DNA from: Eledone cirrhosa
Taxonomy: Eukaryota
DNA length: 64,000 nt
NCBI GenBank assembly: GCA_964016885.1
Contig: OZ024760.1
Span: 30,442,001-30,506,000, forward strand
Direction of reading: 5' to 3'
Shown: piece by piece, positions 27,401-42,800 of the stretch
Layout of the letters: each line of letters starts with the position of its first letter
How positions within the stretch are numbered: the stretch's first letter is position 1
Position numbers and translations under genes: made by a program
Notes under the pieces: model-generated
Told to the model about the DNA's origin: nothing
Databases searched by the model: none
Seen by the model: the letters and a program-made list of their open reading frames with translations, nothing else

Positions 27401-30400
27401 TGTAATGTAATGTAACGTAATGTGTAATGTAATGTAATGTAATGTAATGTAATGTAAAGTAATGTAATGTAATGTAATGTAATGTGTAATGTGTAATGCA
27501 ATGTAATGTAATGTAATGTAATGTAATGTAATGTAATGTAATGTAATGCAATGTAATGTATTGTAATGTAATGTGTAATGTAATGTAATGTAATGTAATG
27601 TAATGTGTAATGTAATGTAATGAAATGTAATGTAATGTGTAATGTAATGTAATGTAATGTGTAACGTAATGTAATGTAATGTAATGTAATGTGTAATGTA
27701 ATGTAATGTAATGTAATGTAACGTGTAAGGTAATGTGTAATGTAATGTAATGTAATGTTATGTAATGTAATGTATAATGTAATGTAATGTAATGTAATGT
27801 AATGTGTAATGTAATGTAATGTAATGTAATGTGTAATATATTGTAATGTAATGTAATGTAATGTGTAATGTAATGTAATGTAATGTAATGTAATGTGTAA
27901 TGTAATGTAATGTAATGTAATGTAATGTAATGTAAAGTGTAATGTAATGTAATGTAATGTAATGTAATGTGCAATGTAATGTAATGTAATGTAATGTGTA
28001 ATGTAATGTAATGTATAATGTAATGTAATGAAATGTAATGTGTAATGTAATGTAATGTAATGTAATGTAATGTAATGTAATGTAATGTGTAATGTAATGT
28101 AATGTAATGTAATGTGTAATGTAATGTAATGTAATGTAATGTAATGAAAAGTAATGTAATGTAATGTGTAATGTAATGTAATGTAATGTAAAGTGTAATG
28201 TAACGTAATGTAATGTAATGTGTAATGTAATGCAATGTGTAACGTAATGTAATGTAATGTAATGTAATGTAATGTGTAATGTAATGTAAGGTAATGTAAT
28301 GTGTAATGTAACGTAATGTAATGTAATGTAATGTGTAATGTAATGTAATGTAATGTGTAATGTAATGTAATGTAATGTAATATATAATGTAATGTAATGT
28401 AATGTGTAATGTAATGTAATGTAATGTAATGTAATGTAATGTAACGTAATGTGTAATGTAATGTAATGTAATGTAATGTAATGTAATGTGTAATGTAATG
28501 TAATGTAATGTAATGTAATGTAATGTAATGTAATGTAATGTGTAATGTAATGTAATGTAGTGTAACGTATAATGTAATGTAATGTAATGTGTAATGTAAT
28601 GTAATGTAATGTAATGTAATGAAATGTAATGTAATGTGTAATGTAATGTAATGTAATGTAATGTAATGTAATGTAATGTAATGTAATGTGTAATGTAATG
28701 TAATGTAATGTGTAATGTAATGTAATGTAATATGTAATGTAATGTAATGTTTAATGTAATTTAATGTAATGTAATGTAACGTGTAATATAATGTAATGTA
28801 ATGTAATGTAATATAATGTAATGTAATATAATGTAATGTAATGTAATGTAATGTAATGTAATGTAATGTAATGTAATGTAATGTAATGTGTAATGTAATG
28901 TAATGTAATGTAATGTAATGTAATGTAATGTAATGTAATGTGTAATGTAATGTAATGTAATGTAATGTAATGTAATGTAATGTGTAATGTAATATAATGT
29001 AATGTAATGTAATGTAATGTGTAATGTAATGTAATGTAATGTAATGTAATGTAATGTTTAATGTAATGTAACGTAATGTAATGTAGTGTAATGTAATGTA
29101 ATGTAATGTAATATAATGTAATATAATGTAATATAATGTAACGTATAATGCAATGTAATGTAATGTAATGTGTAATGTAATGTAATGTGTAATGTAATGT
29201 AATGTAATGTGTAATGTAATGTAATATAATGTAATGTAATGTGTAATGTAATGTAATGTAATGTAATGTGTAATGTCATGTAATGTAATGTAATGTAATG
29301 TAATGTAATGTAATGTGTAATGTAATGTAATGTAATATAATGTTTAATGTAATGTAACGTAATGTAATGTAATGTAATGTGTAATGTAATGTGTAATGTA
29401 ATGTAATGTAATGTAATGTAATGTAATGTAATGTGTAATGTAATGTAATGTAATGTAATGCGTAATGTAATGTAATGTAATGTAATGTAATGTGTAATGT
29501 GTAATGTAATTTAACGTAATGTAATGTAATGTAATGTAATGTAATGTAACGTAATGTAATGTAATGTGTAATGTAATGTAATGTAATGTAATGTAATGTA
29601 ATGTAATGTAATGTGTAATGTAATGTAATGTAATGTAATGTAATGTAATGTAATGTGTAATGTAATGTAATGTAATGTAATGTGTAATGTAATGTAATGT
29701 AATGTAATGTAATGCAATGTAATGTAATGTGTAATGTAATGTAATGTAATGTAATGTAATGTAATGTGTAATGTAATGTAATGTAATGTAATGTAATGTA
29801 ATGTAATGTGTAATGTAATTTAATGTAATGTAATGTAATGTAATGTAATGTAATGTAATGTAATTTAATGTAATGTAATGTAATCTAATGTAATGTAATG
29901 TAATGTAATGTAATATGTAATGTAATGTAATGTAATTTAATGTAATGTCTAATGTAATGTAATGTAATGTAATGTAATGTAATGTAATGTGTAATGTAAT
30001 GTAATGTAATGTGTAATGTAATGTAATGTAATGTGTCATGTAGAGTAATGTAATGTAATGTAATGTAATATGTAATGTAATGTAATGTGTAATGTAATGT
30101 AACGTAATGTAATGTGTAATGTAGTGTAATGTAATGTAATGTAACGTAATGTGTAATGTAATGTAATGTGTAATGTAATGTAATGTAATGTAATGTAATG
30201 TAATGTAATGCAATGTAATGTAATGTAATGTAGTGTAATGTGTAATGTAATGTAATGTAACGTAATGTAATGTAATGTAATGTAATGTAATGTGTAATGT
30301 AATGTAATGTGTAATGTGTAATGTAATGTAATGTAATGTGTAATGTAATGTAAGGTAATGTAATGTAATGTGTAATGTAATGTAATGTAATGTAATGTAA

Positions 30401-31682
30401 TGTGTAATGTAATGTAATGTAATGTGTAATGTAATGTAATGTAATATATAATGTAATGTAATGTAATGTAATGTAATGTAATGTGTAATGTAATGTAATG
30501 TAATGTAATGTAATGTAATGTGTAATGTAATGTAATGTAATGTAATGTAATGTAATGTGTAATGTGTAATGTAATGTAATGTAATGTAATGTAATGTAAT
30601 GTAATGTAATGTTTAATGTAATGTAATGTAGTGTAATGTATAATGTAATGTAATGTAATGTGTAATGTAATGTAATGTAATGTAATGTAATGTAATGTAA
30701 TGTAATGTAATGTGTAATGTAATGTAATGTAATGTAATGTAATGTAATGTGTAATGTAATGTAATGTAATGTAATGTAATGTAATGTAATGTAATGTAAT
30801 GTAATGTGTGATGTAATGTAATGTAATGTAAAGTAATGTAATGTAATGTGTAATGTGTAATGCAATGTAATGTAACGTAATGTAATGTAATGTAGTGTAA
30901 TGTAATGTGTAATGTAATGTAATGCAATGTAATGTAATGCAATGTAATGTATGGTAATGTAATGTAATGTAATGTGTAATGTCATGTAATGTAATGTAAT
31001 GTAAGGTAATGTAATGTGTAATGTAATGTAATGTAATGTAATGTGTAATGTAATGTAATATGTAATGTAATGTAATGTAATGTGTAATGTATTGTAATGC
31101 AATGTAATGTAATGTGTAATGTAATGTAATGTAATGTAATGTAATGTGTAATGTAATGTAATGTAATGTAATGTGTAATGTAATGTAATGTAATGTAATG
31201 TGCAATGTAATGTAATGTAATGTAATGTAATGTGTAATGTAATGTAATGTATAATGTAATGTAATGTAATGTAATGTAATGTAATGTAATGTAATGTAAT
31301 GTAATGTAATGTAATGTAATGTGTAATGTAATGTAATGTAATGTAATGAAAAGTAATGTAATGTAATGTGTAATGTAATGTAATGTAAGGTGTAATGTAA
31401 CGTAATGTAATGTAATGTTTAATGTAATGTAATGTAATGTTTAATGTAATGTAATGTAATGTAATGTGTAATGTAATGTAATGTAATGAAAAGTAATGTA
31501 ATGTGTAATGTAATGTAATGTAATGTGTAATGTAACGTAATGTAATGTAATGTGTAATGTAATGTAATGTGTAATGTAATGTAATGTGTTATGTAATGTA
31601 ATGTAATGTAATGTGTAATGTAATGTGTAATGTAAGGTAATGCAATGTAATGTGTAATGTAATGTATTGTAATGTAATGTAA

Positions 31683-31866
31683 TTGTTCTAATTTAGGCAC
31701 AAGGTTAGCAATTACCCTGTGCATTACTGGTACTTTATTTTATCGACCCCGTAAGGAGGAAAAGCAAAGTCAACCTCGGTGGGATTTGAACTCAGATCGT
31801 AAAGGGACGTAACTATGCTGGAAAGCATGGCGTCCGACCCTCTACCGATATAACCAATCCACCGCG
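31683..31866 (-). mobile_element. tRNA-derived SINE, copy 9 (diverged paralogue of A/B)
   Basis: 184 bp, with a 1-bp deletion and several substitutions (AAGGTTAGC, AAGGAGGAAAAG, GATATAACC, CCGCG). It keeps the GTTT flank and the A/B-lineage alleles (CTAATTT, GAAAAGC, CGGTGGG). Confidence 0.86.
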
Positions 31867-34629
31867 GTTTGTAATGTAATGTAATGTAATGTAATGTAAT
31901 GTTTAATGTAATGTAATGTAATGTAATGTAATGTAATGTAATGTAATGAAAATGTAATGCAATGTGTAATGTAATGTGTAATGTAATGTAATGTGTAATG
32001 TAATGTAATGTAATGTAATGTAATGTGTAATGTAATGTAATGTAATGTAATGTAATGTAATGTAATGTAATGTAATGTTTAATGTAATGTAACGTAATGT
32101 AATGTAATGTAATGTAATGTAATGTAATGTAATGTAATGTAATGTAGTGTAATGTAATGTAATGAAATGTAATGTAATGTGTAATGTAATGTAGTGTAAT
32201 GTAATGTAATGTAATGAAATGTAATGTAATGTGTAATGTAATGTAATGTAATGTAATGTAATGTAATGTAATGTGTAATGTAGTGTAATCTAATGTGTAA
32301 TGTAATGTAATGTAACGTAATATGTAATGAAATGTAATGTTTAATGTAATGTAATGTAATGTAATGTAATGTAATGTGTAATATAATGTAATGTAATGTA
32401 ATGTAATGTAATATAATGTAATATAATGTAATGTATAATGTAATGTAATGTAATGTAATGTAATGCAATGTGTAATGTAATGTAATGTAATGTAATGTAA
32501 TGTAATGTAATGTGTAATGTAATGTAATGTAATATAATGTTTAATGTAATGTAACGTAATGTAATGTAATGTGTAATGTGTAATGTAATGTAATGTAATG
32601 TGTAATGTAATGTAATGTAATGTAATATAATGTTTAATGTAATGTAACGTAATGTAATGTAATGTATAATGTGTAATGTAATGTAATGTAATGTGTAATG
32701 TAATGTAATGTAATGTAACGTAATGTGTAATGTGTAATGTAATTTAATGTAATGTAATGTAATGTAATGTAATGTTATGTAATGTAATGTAATGTAACGT
32801 AATGTAATGTAATGTAATGTGTAATGTAATGTAATGTAATGTAATGTAATGCAATGTGTAATGTAATATAATATAATGTAATGTAATGTAATGTAATGTA
32901 ATGTGTAATGTAATGTGTAATGTAATTTAATGTAATGTAATGTAATGTAATGTAATGTAATTTAATGTAATGTCTAATGTAATGTAATGTAATGTAATGT
33001 AATGTAATGTGTAATGTAATGTAATGTAATGTAATGTGTAATGTAATGTAACGTGTAATGTAATGTAATGTTATGTAATGTAATGTATAATGTAATGTAA
33101 TGTAACATAATGTAATGTGTAACGTAATGTAATGTAATGTAATGTAATGTAATGCAATGTAACGTAATGTAATGTAATGTAATGTAATGTATATTGTAAC
33201 ATAATGTAATGTAATGTAATGTGTAATGTAATGTAATGTAATGTAATGTGTAATGTAATGTAATATAATGTAATGTATAATGTAATGTAATGTAATGTAA
33301 TATATAATGTAATGTAATGTAATGTAATGTAATGTAATGTAATGTAATGTAATGTAATGTGTAATGTAATATAATGTAATGTAATGTAATATAATGTGTA
33401 ATGTAATGTAATGTAATGTGTAATGTAATGTAATGTAATGTGTAATGTAATGTAATGTAATATAATATAATATAATATAATATAATATAATATAATATAA
33501 TATAATATAACATAATATAATATAATATGAAATGTAATGTAATGTAATGTAATGTGTAATGTCATGTAATGTAATGTAATGTAATATAATGTAATGTAAT
33601 GTAATGTAATGTAATGTAATGTGTAATGTAAGGTAATGTAATGTAATGTAATGTGTAATGTAATGTGTAATGTAATGTAATGTGATGTAATGTAATGTGT
33701 AATGTAATGTAATGTAATGTAATGTAATGTGTAATGTAATGTAATGTAATGTAATGTAATGTAATGTGTAATGTAATGTAATGTAATGTAATGTAATGTA
33801 ATGTAATGTGTAATGTAATGTAATGTAATGTGTAATGTAATGTAACGTGTAATGTAATGTAATGTAATGTAATGTGTAATGTCATGTAATGTAATGTAAT
33901 GTAATGTGTAATGTAAGGTAATGTAATGTAATGTATTGTAATGTAACGTAACGTAATGTAATGTAATGTAATGTAATGTAATGTAATGTAATGTAATGTA
34001 ATGTGTAATTTCATGTAATGTAATGTAATGTGTAATTTCATGTAATGTAATGTAATGTGTATTTTCATGTAATGTAATGTAATGTAATGTAATGTAATGT
34101 AATGTGTAATGTGTAATGTAATGTAATGTAATGTAATGTATAATGTAATGTGTAATGTAATGTAATGTAATGTAATATAATCTAATGTAATGTAATGTAA
34201 TGTGTAAAGTAATGTAATGTAATGTAATGTAATGTAATGTAATGTAATGTAATGTGTAATGTAATGTAATGTACAATGTAATGTACTGTGTAATGTCATG
34301 TAATGTAATATGATGTGTAATGTAATGTACTGTAATGTAATGTAATGTAATGTAACGTTTAATGTAACGCAATGTAATGTGTAATGTAATGTAATGTAAT
34401 GTAATGTGTAATGTAATGTAATGTAATGTAATGTAATGCAATCTAATGTAATGTAATGTAATGTGTAATGTAATGTAATATAATATAATATAATATAATA
34501 TAATATAATATAATATGTAATGTAATGTAATGTAATGTAATGTAATGTAATGTAATGTGTAATGTAATGTAATGTAATGTAACGTAATATAATGTAATGT
34601 GTAATGTCATGTAATGTAATGTAATGTAA

Positions 34630-34815
34630 TTGTTTCTACGTTAGGCACAAGGCCAGCAAATTACCCAGTGTATTACTGGTACTTTATTTTATCGACCCCG
34701 TAAGGATGAAAGGCAAAGTTAACCTCGGCGGGATTTGAACTCAGACTGTAAAGGGACGTAACTATGCTAGAAAACATGGCGTCCGACCCTCTACCGATAC
34801 TGCCAATCCACCGCC
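34630..34815 (-). mobile_element. tRNA-derived SINE, copy 10 (independent insertion)
   Basis: 186 bp with alleles CTACGTT, GGCCAGCAAATT, GAAAGGC, CGGCGGG, AGACTGT and GCTAGAAAAC. The right junction is CCGCC|ATGTA, with no GTTT. Confidence 0.86.
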
Positions 34816-34849
34816 ATGTAATGTAATGTAATGTAATGTAATGTAATGT

Positions 34850-36880
34850 GTAATGTAAGGTAATGTAATGTAATGTAATGTGTAATGTAATGTAATGTAA
34901 TGTAATGTAATGTAATGTAATGTGTAATGTAATGTAATGTAATGTAATGTGTAATGTAATGTAATGTTATGTAATGTAATGTATAATGTAATGTAATGTA
35001 ACGTGATGTAATGTGTAACGTAATGTAATGTAATGTAATGTAATGTAATGTAACGTAATGTAATGTGTAATGTAATGTAATGTATAATGTAATGTAATGT
35101 AATGTAATGTAATGTGTAATGTAATGTAATGTAATGTAATGTAATGTAATGTAATGTGTAATGTAATGTAATGTAATGTAATGTGTAATGAAATGTAATG
35201 TAATGTAATGTGTAATGTAATGTAATGTAACGTAATGTAATGTAATGTAATGTGTAATGTAATGTAATGTAATGTAATGTAATGTATAATGTAATGTAAT
35301 GTAATGTAATGTGTAATGTCATGTAATGTAATGTGTAATGTAATGTAATGTAATGTAATGTATAATGTAAGGTAACGTAATGTAATGTACATAATGTAAT
35401 GTGTAATATAATGTAATGTAATGTAATGTGTAATGTAATGTAATGTAATGCAATGTAATGTGTATTGTAATGTAATGTAATGTAATGTAATGTAATGTAA
35501 TGTAATGCAATGTGTAAGGTGTAATGTAATGTAATGTAATGTAATATAATGTAATGTGTAATGCAATGTGTAATGTAATGTAATGTAATGTAATGTAATG
35601 TAATGTAATGTGTAATGTAATGTAATGTAATATAATGTTTAATGTAATGTAACGTAATGTAATGTAATGTGTAATGTGTAATGTAATGTAATGTAATGTG
35701 TAATGTAATGTAATGTAATGTAATGTAACGTAATGTGTAATGTGTAATGTAATTTAATGTAATGTAATGTAATTTAATGTAATGTAATGTAATGTAATGT
35801 AATGTAATGTGTAATGTAATGTAATGTAATGTAATGCAATGTGTAATGTAATATAATATAATGTAATGTAATGTAATGTAATGTAATGTAATGTGTAATG
35901 TAAGGTAATGTAATGTAATGTAATGTGTAATGTAATGTAATGTAATGTAATGTGTAATGTAATGTAATGTTATGTAATGTAATGTATAATGTAATGTAAT
36001 GTAACGTGATGTAATGTGTAACGTAATGTAATGTAATGTAATGTAATGTAATGTAACGTAATGTAATGTGTAATGTAATGTAATGTATAATGTAATGTAA
36101 TGTAATGTAATGTAATGTGTAATGTAATGTAATGTAATGTAATGTAATGTAATGTAATGTAATGTGTAATGTAATGTAATGTAATGTAATGTAATGTAAT
36201 GTGTAATGAAATGTAATGTAATGTAATGTGTAATGTAATGTAATGTAACGTAATGTAATGTAATGTAATGTGTAATGTAATGTAATGTAATGTAATGTGA
36301 TGTATAATGTAATGTAATGTAATGTAATGTGTAATGTCATGTAATGTAATGTGTAATGTAATGTAATGTAATGTATAATGTAAGGTAACGTAATGTAATG
36401 TACGTAATGTAATGTGTAATATAATGTAATGTAATGTAATGTGTAATGTAATGTAATGTAATGCAATGTAATGTGTATTGTAATGTAATGTAATGTAATG
36501 TAATGTAATGTAATGTAATGCAATGTGTAAGGTGTAATGTAATGTAATGTAATGTAATATAATGTAATGTGTAATGCAATGTGTAATGTAATGTAATGTA
36601 ATGTAATGTAATGTAATGTAATGTGTAATGTAATGTAATGTAATATAATGTTTAATGTAATGTAACGTAATGTAATGTAATGTGTAATGTGTAATGTAAT
36701 GTAATGTAATGTGTAATGTAATGTAATGTAATGTAATGTAACGTAATGTGTAATGTGTAATGTAATTTAATGTAATGTAATGTAATTTAATGTAATGTAA
36801 TGTAATGTAATGTAATGTAATGTGTAATGTAATGTAATGTAATGTAATGTAATGTAATGTAATGTAATGTGTAATGTAAT
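34850..36880. repeat. ~1.0-kb tandem duplication of satellite variant pattern
   Basis: ACGTGATG occurs at 35001 and 36004. Paired ORF ends 35510/36523 and 35566/36579 are offset by 1013. Boundaries are approximate. Confidence 0.8.
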
Positions 36881-39800
36881 GTAATGTAATGTAATGTAAT
36901 ATAATGTAATTTAATGTAATGTCTAATGTAATGTAATGTAATGTAATGTAATGTAATGTAATGTAATGTAATGTGTAATGTAATGTAATGTAATGTAATG
37001 TGTAATGTAATGTAACGTATAATGTAATGTAATGTTATGTAATGTAATGTATAATGTAATGTAATGTAACGTAATGTAATGTGTAACGTAATGTAATGTA
37101 ATGTAATGTAATGTAATGCAATGTAACGTAATGTAATGTAATGTAATGTAATGTAATGTGTATTGTAACATAATGTAATGTAATGTAATGTAATGTGTAA
37201 TGTAATGTAATGTGTAATGTAATGTAATGTAATGTAATGTGTAATGTAATCTAATATAATGTAATGTATAATGTAATGTAATGTAATGTAATATATAATG
37301 TAATGTAATGTAATGTAATGTAATGTAATGTAATGTGTAATGTAATATAATATAATGTAATGTAATGCAATATAATGTGTAATGTAATGTAATGTGTAAT
37401 GTAATGTAATGTAATGTAATGTGTAATGTAATGTAATGTAATGTAATGTAATGCAATGTAATGTAATGTAATGTGTAATGTAATGTAATGTAAAGTGTAA
37501 TGTAATGTAATATAATATAATATAATATAATATAATATAATATAATATAACATAATATAATATGTAATGTAATGTAATGTAATGTAATGTAATGTGTAAT
37601 GTCATGTAATGTAATGTAATGTAATATAATGTAATGTAATGTAATGTAATGTAATGTGTAATGTAAGGTAATGTAATGTAATGTAATGTAATATAATGTG
37701 TAATGTAATGTAATGAAATGTAATGTGTAAGTTAATGTAATGTAATGTAATGTGTAATGTAATGTGTAATGTAATGTAATGTGATGTAATGTAATGTGTA
37801 ATGTAATGTAATGTAATGTAATGTAATGTGTAATGTAATGTAATGTAATGTAATGTAATGTGTAATGTAAAGTAATGTAATGTAATGTGTAACGTTATGT
37901 AATGTAATGTAATATAATGTAATGTAATGTAATGTAACGTGTAATGTGTAATGTAATGTAATGTAATGTAATGTGACGTAATGTGTAATGTAATGTAATG
38001 TAATGTAATGTAATGTAATGTAATGTAATGTAATGTAATGTAATGTAATGTGTAATGTAATGTAATGTAATGTAATGTGTAATGAAATGTAATGTAATGT
38101 AATGTGTAATGTAATGTAATGTAACGTAATGTAATGTAATGTAATGTGTAATGTAATGTAATGTAATGTAATGTATAATGTAATGTAATGTAATGTAATG
38201 TGTAATGTCATGTAATGTAATGTGTAATGTAATGTAATGTAATGTATAATGTAATGTAACGTAATGTAATGTAACGTAATGTAATGTGTAATATAATGTA
38301 ATGTAATGTAATGTGTAATGTAATGTAATGTAATGTAATGTAATGTGTATTGTAATGTAATGTAATGTAATGTAATGTAATGCAATGTGTAAGGTGTAAT
38401 GTAATGTAATGTAATGTAATATAATGTAATGTGTAATGTAATGTGTAATGCAATGTAATGTAATGTAATGTAATATAATGTAATGTGTAATGTAATGTGT
38501 AATGTAATGTAATGTAATGTAATGTGTAATGTAATGTAATGTAATGTAATGCAATGTAATGTAACGTAATGTGTAATGTAATGTAATGTAATGTGTAATG
38601 TAATGTAATATAATATAATATAACATAATATAATATAATATAATATAATATAACATAATATAATATGTAATGTAATGTAATGTGATGTAATGTAATGTAA
38701 TGTGTAATGTCATGTAATGTAATGTAATGTAATGTAATATAATGTAAGGTAACGTAATGTAATGTAATGTAATGCAATGTAATGTGTGATGTAATGTAAT
38801 GTAATGTAATGTAATGTAATGTAATGTAACGTGTAAGTTAATGTAATGTAATGTAATGTAATGTAATGTTTAATGCAATGTAATGTAATGTAATGTAATG
38901 TAATGTAATGTGTAATGTAATGTAATGTAATGTAATGTAATGTGTAATGTAATGTGTAATGTAATGTAATGTAATGTAATGTAATGTAATGTAATGTAAT
39001 GTAATGTAATGTAATGTAATGTAATGTGTAATGTAATGTAATGTATAATGTAATGTACTGTGTAATGTCATGTAATGTAATATAATGTGTAATGTAATGT
39101 ACTGTAATGTAATGTAATGTAATGTAACGTTTAATGTAACGCAATGTAATCTAATGTAATGTGTAATGTAATGTAATGTAATGTAATGTAATGTAATGTA
39201 ATGTCTAATGTAATGTAATGTAATGTAATGTGTAATGTAATGTAATGTAATGTAATGTAATGCAATGTAATGTAATGTAATGTGTAATGTAATGTAATGT
39301 AATGTGTAATGTAATGTAATATAATATAATATAATATAATATAATATAACATAATATGTAATGTAATGTAATGTAATGTAATGTAATGTAATGTAATGTA
39401 ATGTAATGTGTAATGTAATGTAATGTAATGTAATGTAATGTAATGTGTAATGTCATGTAATGTAATGTAATGTAATGTAATGTAATGTAATGTAATGTGT
39501 AATGTAAGGTAACGTAATATAATGTAATTTAATGTAATGTATAATGTAATGTAATGTAATGTAATGTAATGTAATGCAATGTGTAAGGTGTAATGTAATG
39601 TAATGTAATGTAATATAATGTAATGTGTAATGCAATGTGTAATGTAATGTAATGTAATGTAATGTAATGTAATGTAATGTAATGTGTAATGTAATGTAAT
39701 GTAATATAATGTTTAATGTAATGTAACGTAATGTAATGTAATGTGTAATGTGTAATGTAATGTAATGTAATGTGTAATGTAATGTAATGTAATGTAACGT

Positions 39801-42800
39801 AATGTGTAATGTGTAATGTAATTTAATGTAATGTAATGTAATGTAATGTAATGTAATGTTATGTAATGTAATGTAATGTAATGTGTAATGTAATGTAATG
39901 TAATGTAATGTAATGTAATGCAATGTGTAATGTAATATAATATAATGTAATGTAATGTAATGTAATGTAATGTGTAATGTAATGTGTAATGTAATTTAAT
40001 GTAATGTAATGTAATGTAATGTAATGTAATGTAATGTAATTTAATGTAATGTCTAATGTAATGTAATGTAATGTAATGTAATGTAATGTAATGTAATGTG
40101 TAATGTAATGTAATGTAATGTAATGTGTAATGTAATGTAACGTGTAATGTAATGTAATGTTATGTAATGTAATGTATAATGTAATGTAACGTAATGTAAT
40201 GTGTAACGTAATGTAATGTAATGTAATGTAATGTAATGCAATGTAACGTAATGTAATGTAATGTAATGTAATGTGTATTGTAACATAATGTAATGTAATG
40301 TAATGTAATGTGTAATGTAATGTAATGTAATGTAATGTGTAATGTAATCTAATATAATGTAATGTATAATGTAATGTAATGTAATGTAATATATAATGTA
40401 ATGTAATGTAATGTAATGTAATGTAATGTGTAATGTAATATAATATAATGTAATGTAATGTAATATAATGTGTAATGTAATGTAATGTAATGTAATGTGT
40501 AATGTAATGTAATGTAATGTAATGTGTAATGTAATGTAATGTAATGTAATGTAATGTAATGCAATGTAATGTAATGTAATGTGTAATGTAATGTAATGTA
40601 AAGTGTAATGTAATGTAATATAATATAATATAATATAATATAATATAATATAATATAACATAATATAATATGTAATGTAATGTAATGTAATGTAATGTAA
40701 TGTGTAATGTCATGTAATGTAATGTAATGTAATATAATGTAATGTAATGTAATGTAATGTAATGTAATGTGTAATGTAAGGTAATGTAATGTAATGTAAT
40801 GCAATATAATGTGTAATGTAATGTAATGAAATGTAATGTGTAAGTTAATGTAATGTAATGTAATGTGTAATGTAATGTGTAATGTAATGTAATGTGATGT
40901 AATGTAATGTGTAATGTAATGTAATGTAATGTAATATAATGTTTAATGTAATGTAACGTAATGTAATGTGTAATGTGTAATGTAATGTAATGTAATGTGT
41001 AATGTAATGTAATGTAATGTAACGTAATGTGTAATGTGTAATGTAATTTAATGTAATGTAATGTAATGTAATGTAATGTTATGTAATGTAATGTAATGTA
41101 ATGTTATGTAATGTAATGTAATGTAATGTGTAATGTAATGTAATGTAATGTAATGTAATGTAATACAATGTGTAATGTAATATAATATAATGTAATGTAA
41201 TGTAATGTAATGTAATGTGTAATGTAATGTGTAATGTAATGTGTAATGTAATTTAATGTAATGTAATGTAATGTAATGTAATGTAATTTAATGTAATGTC
41301 TAATGTAATGTAATGTAATGTAATGTAATGTAATGTAATGTAATGTAATGTAATGTGTAATGTAATGTAATGTAATGTAATGTGTAATGTAATGTAACGT
41401 AATGTAATGTTATGTAATGTAATTTATAATGTAATGTAATGTAATGTAATGTGTAACGTAATGTAATGTAATGTAATGTAATGCAATGTAACGTAATGTA
41501 ATGTAATGTAATGTAATGTGTATTGTAACATAATGTAATGTAATGTAATGTAATGTGTAATGTAATGTAATGTAATGTGTAATGTAATCTAATATAATGT
41601 AATGTATAATGTAATGTAATGTAATGTAATATATAATGTAATGTAATGTAATGTAATGTAATGTAATGTAATGTAATGTGTAATGTAATATAATATAATG
41701 TAATGTAATGTAATATAATGTGTAATGTAATGTAATGTAATGTAATGTGTAATGTAATGTAATGTAATGTAATGTGTAATGTAATGTAATGTAATGTAAT
41801 GTAATGCAATGTAATGTAATGTAATGTGTAATGTAATGTAATGTAAAGTGTAATGTAATGTAATATAATATAATATAATATAATATAATATAATATAACA
41901 TAATATAATATGTAATGTAATGTAATGTAATGTAATGTAATGTGTAATGTAATGTAATGTAATGTAATGTAATGTAATATAATGTAATGTAATGTAATGT
42001 AATGTAATGTAATGTAATGTGTAATGTAAGGTAATGTAATGTAATGTAATGCAATATAATGTGTAATGTAATGTAATGAAATGTAATGTGTAAGTTAATG
42101 TAATGTAATGTAATGTGTAATGTAATGTGTAATGTAATGTAATGTGATGTAATGTAATGTGTAATGTAATGTAATGTAATGTAATGTAATGTAATGTGTA
42201 ATGTAATGTAATGTAATGTAATGTGTAATGTAAAGTAATGTAATGTAATGTGTAACGTAATGTAATGTAATGTAATATAATGTAATGTAATGTAATGTAA
42301 CGTGTAATGTGTAATGTAATGTAATGTAATGTAATGTAATGTAATGTGTAATGTAATGTAATGTAATGTAATGTAATGTAATGTAATGTAATGTAATGTA
42401 ATGTAATGTGTAATGTAATGTAATGTAATGTAATGTGTAATGAAATGTAATGTAATGTAATGTAATGTGTAAGTTAATGTAATGTAATGTAATGTAATGT
42501 GTAATGTAATGTAATGTAATGTAATATAATGTAATGTAATGTGTAACGTAATGTAATGTAATGTAATGTAATGTGTAATGTAATGTGTAATGTAATGTAA
42601 TGTCATGTAATGTGTAATGTAATGTAATGTAATGTAATGTAATGTAATGTAATGTAATGTAATGTAATGTGTAATGTAATGTAATGTAATGTAATGTATT
42701 GTGTAATGTAATGTAATGTAATGTAATGTAATGTGTAATGTAATGTAATGTAATGTAATGTAATGTGTAATGTAATGTAATGTAATGTGTAATGTAATGT

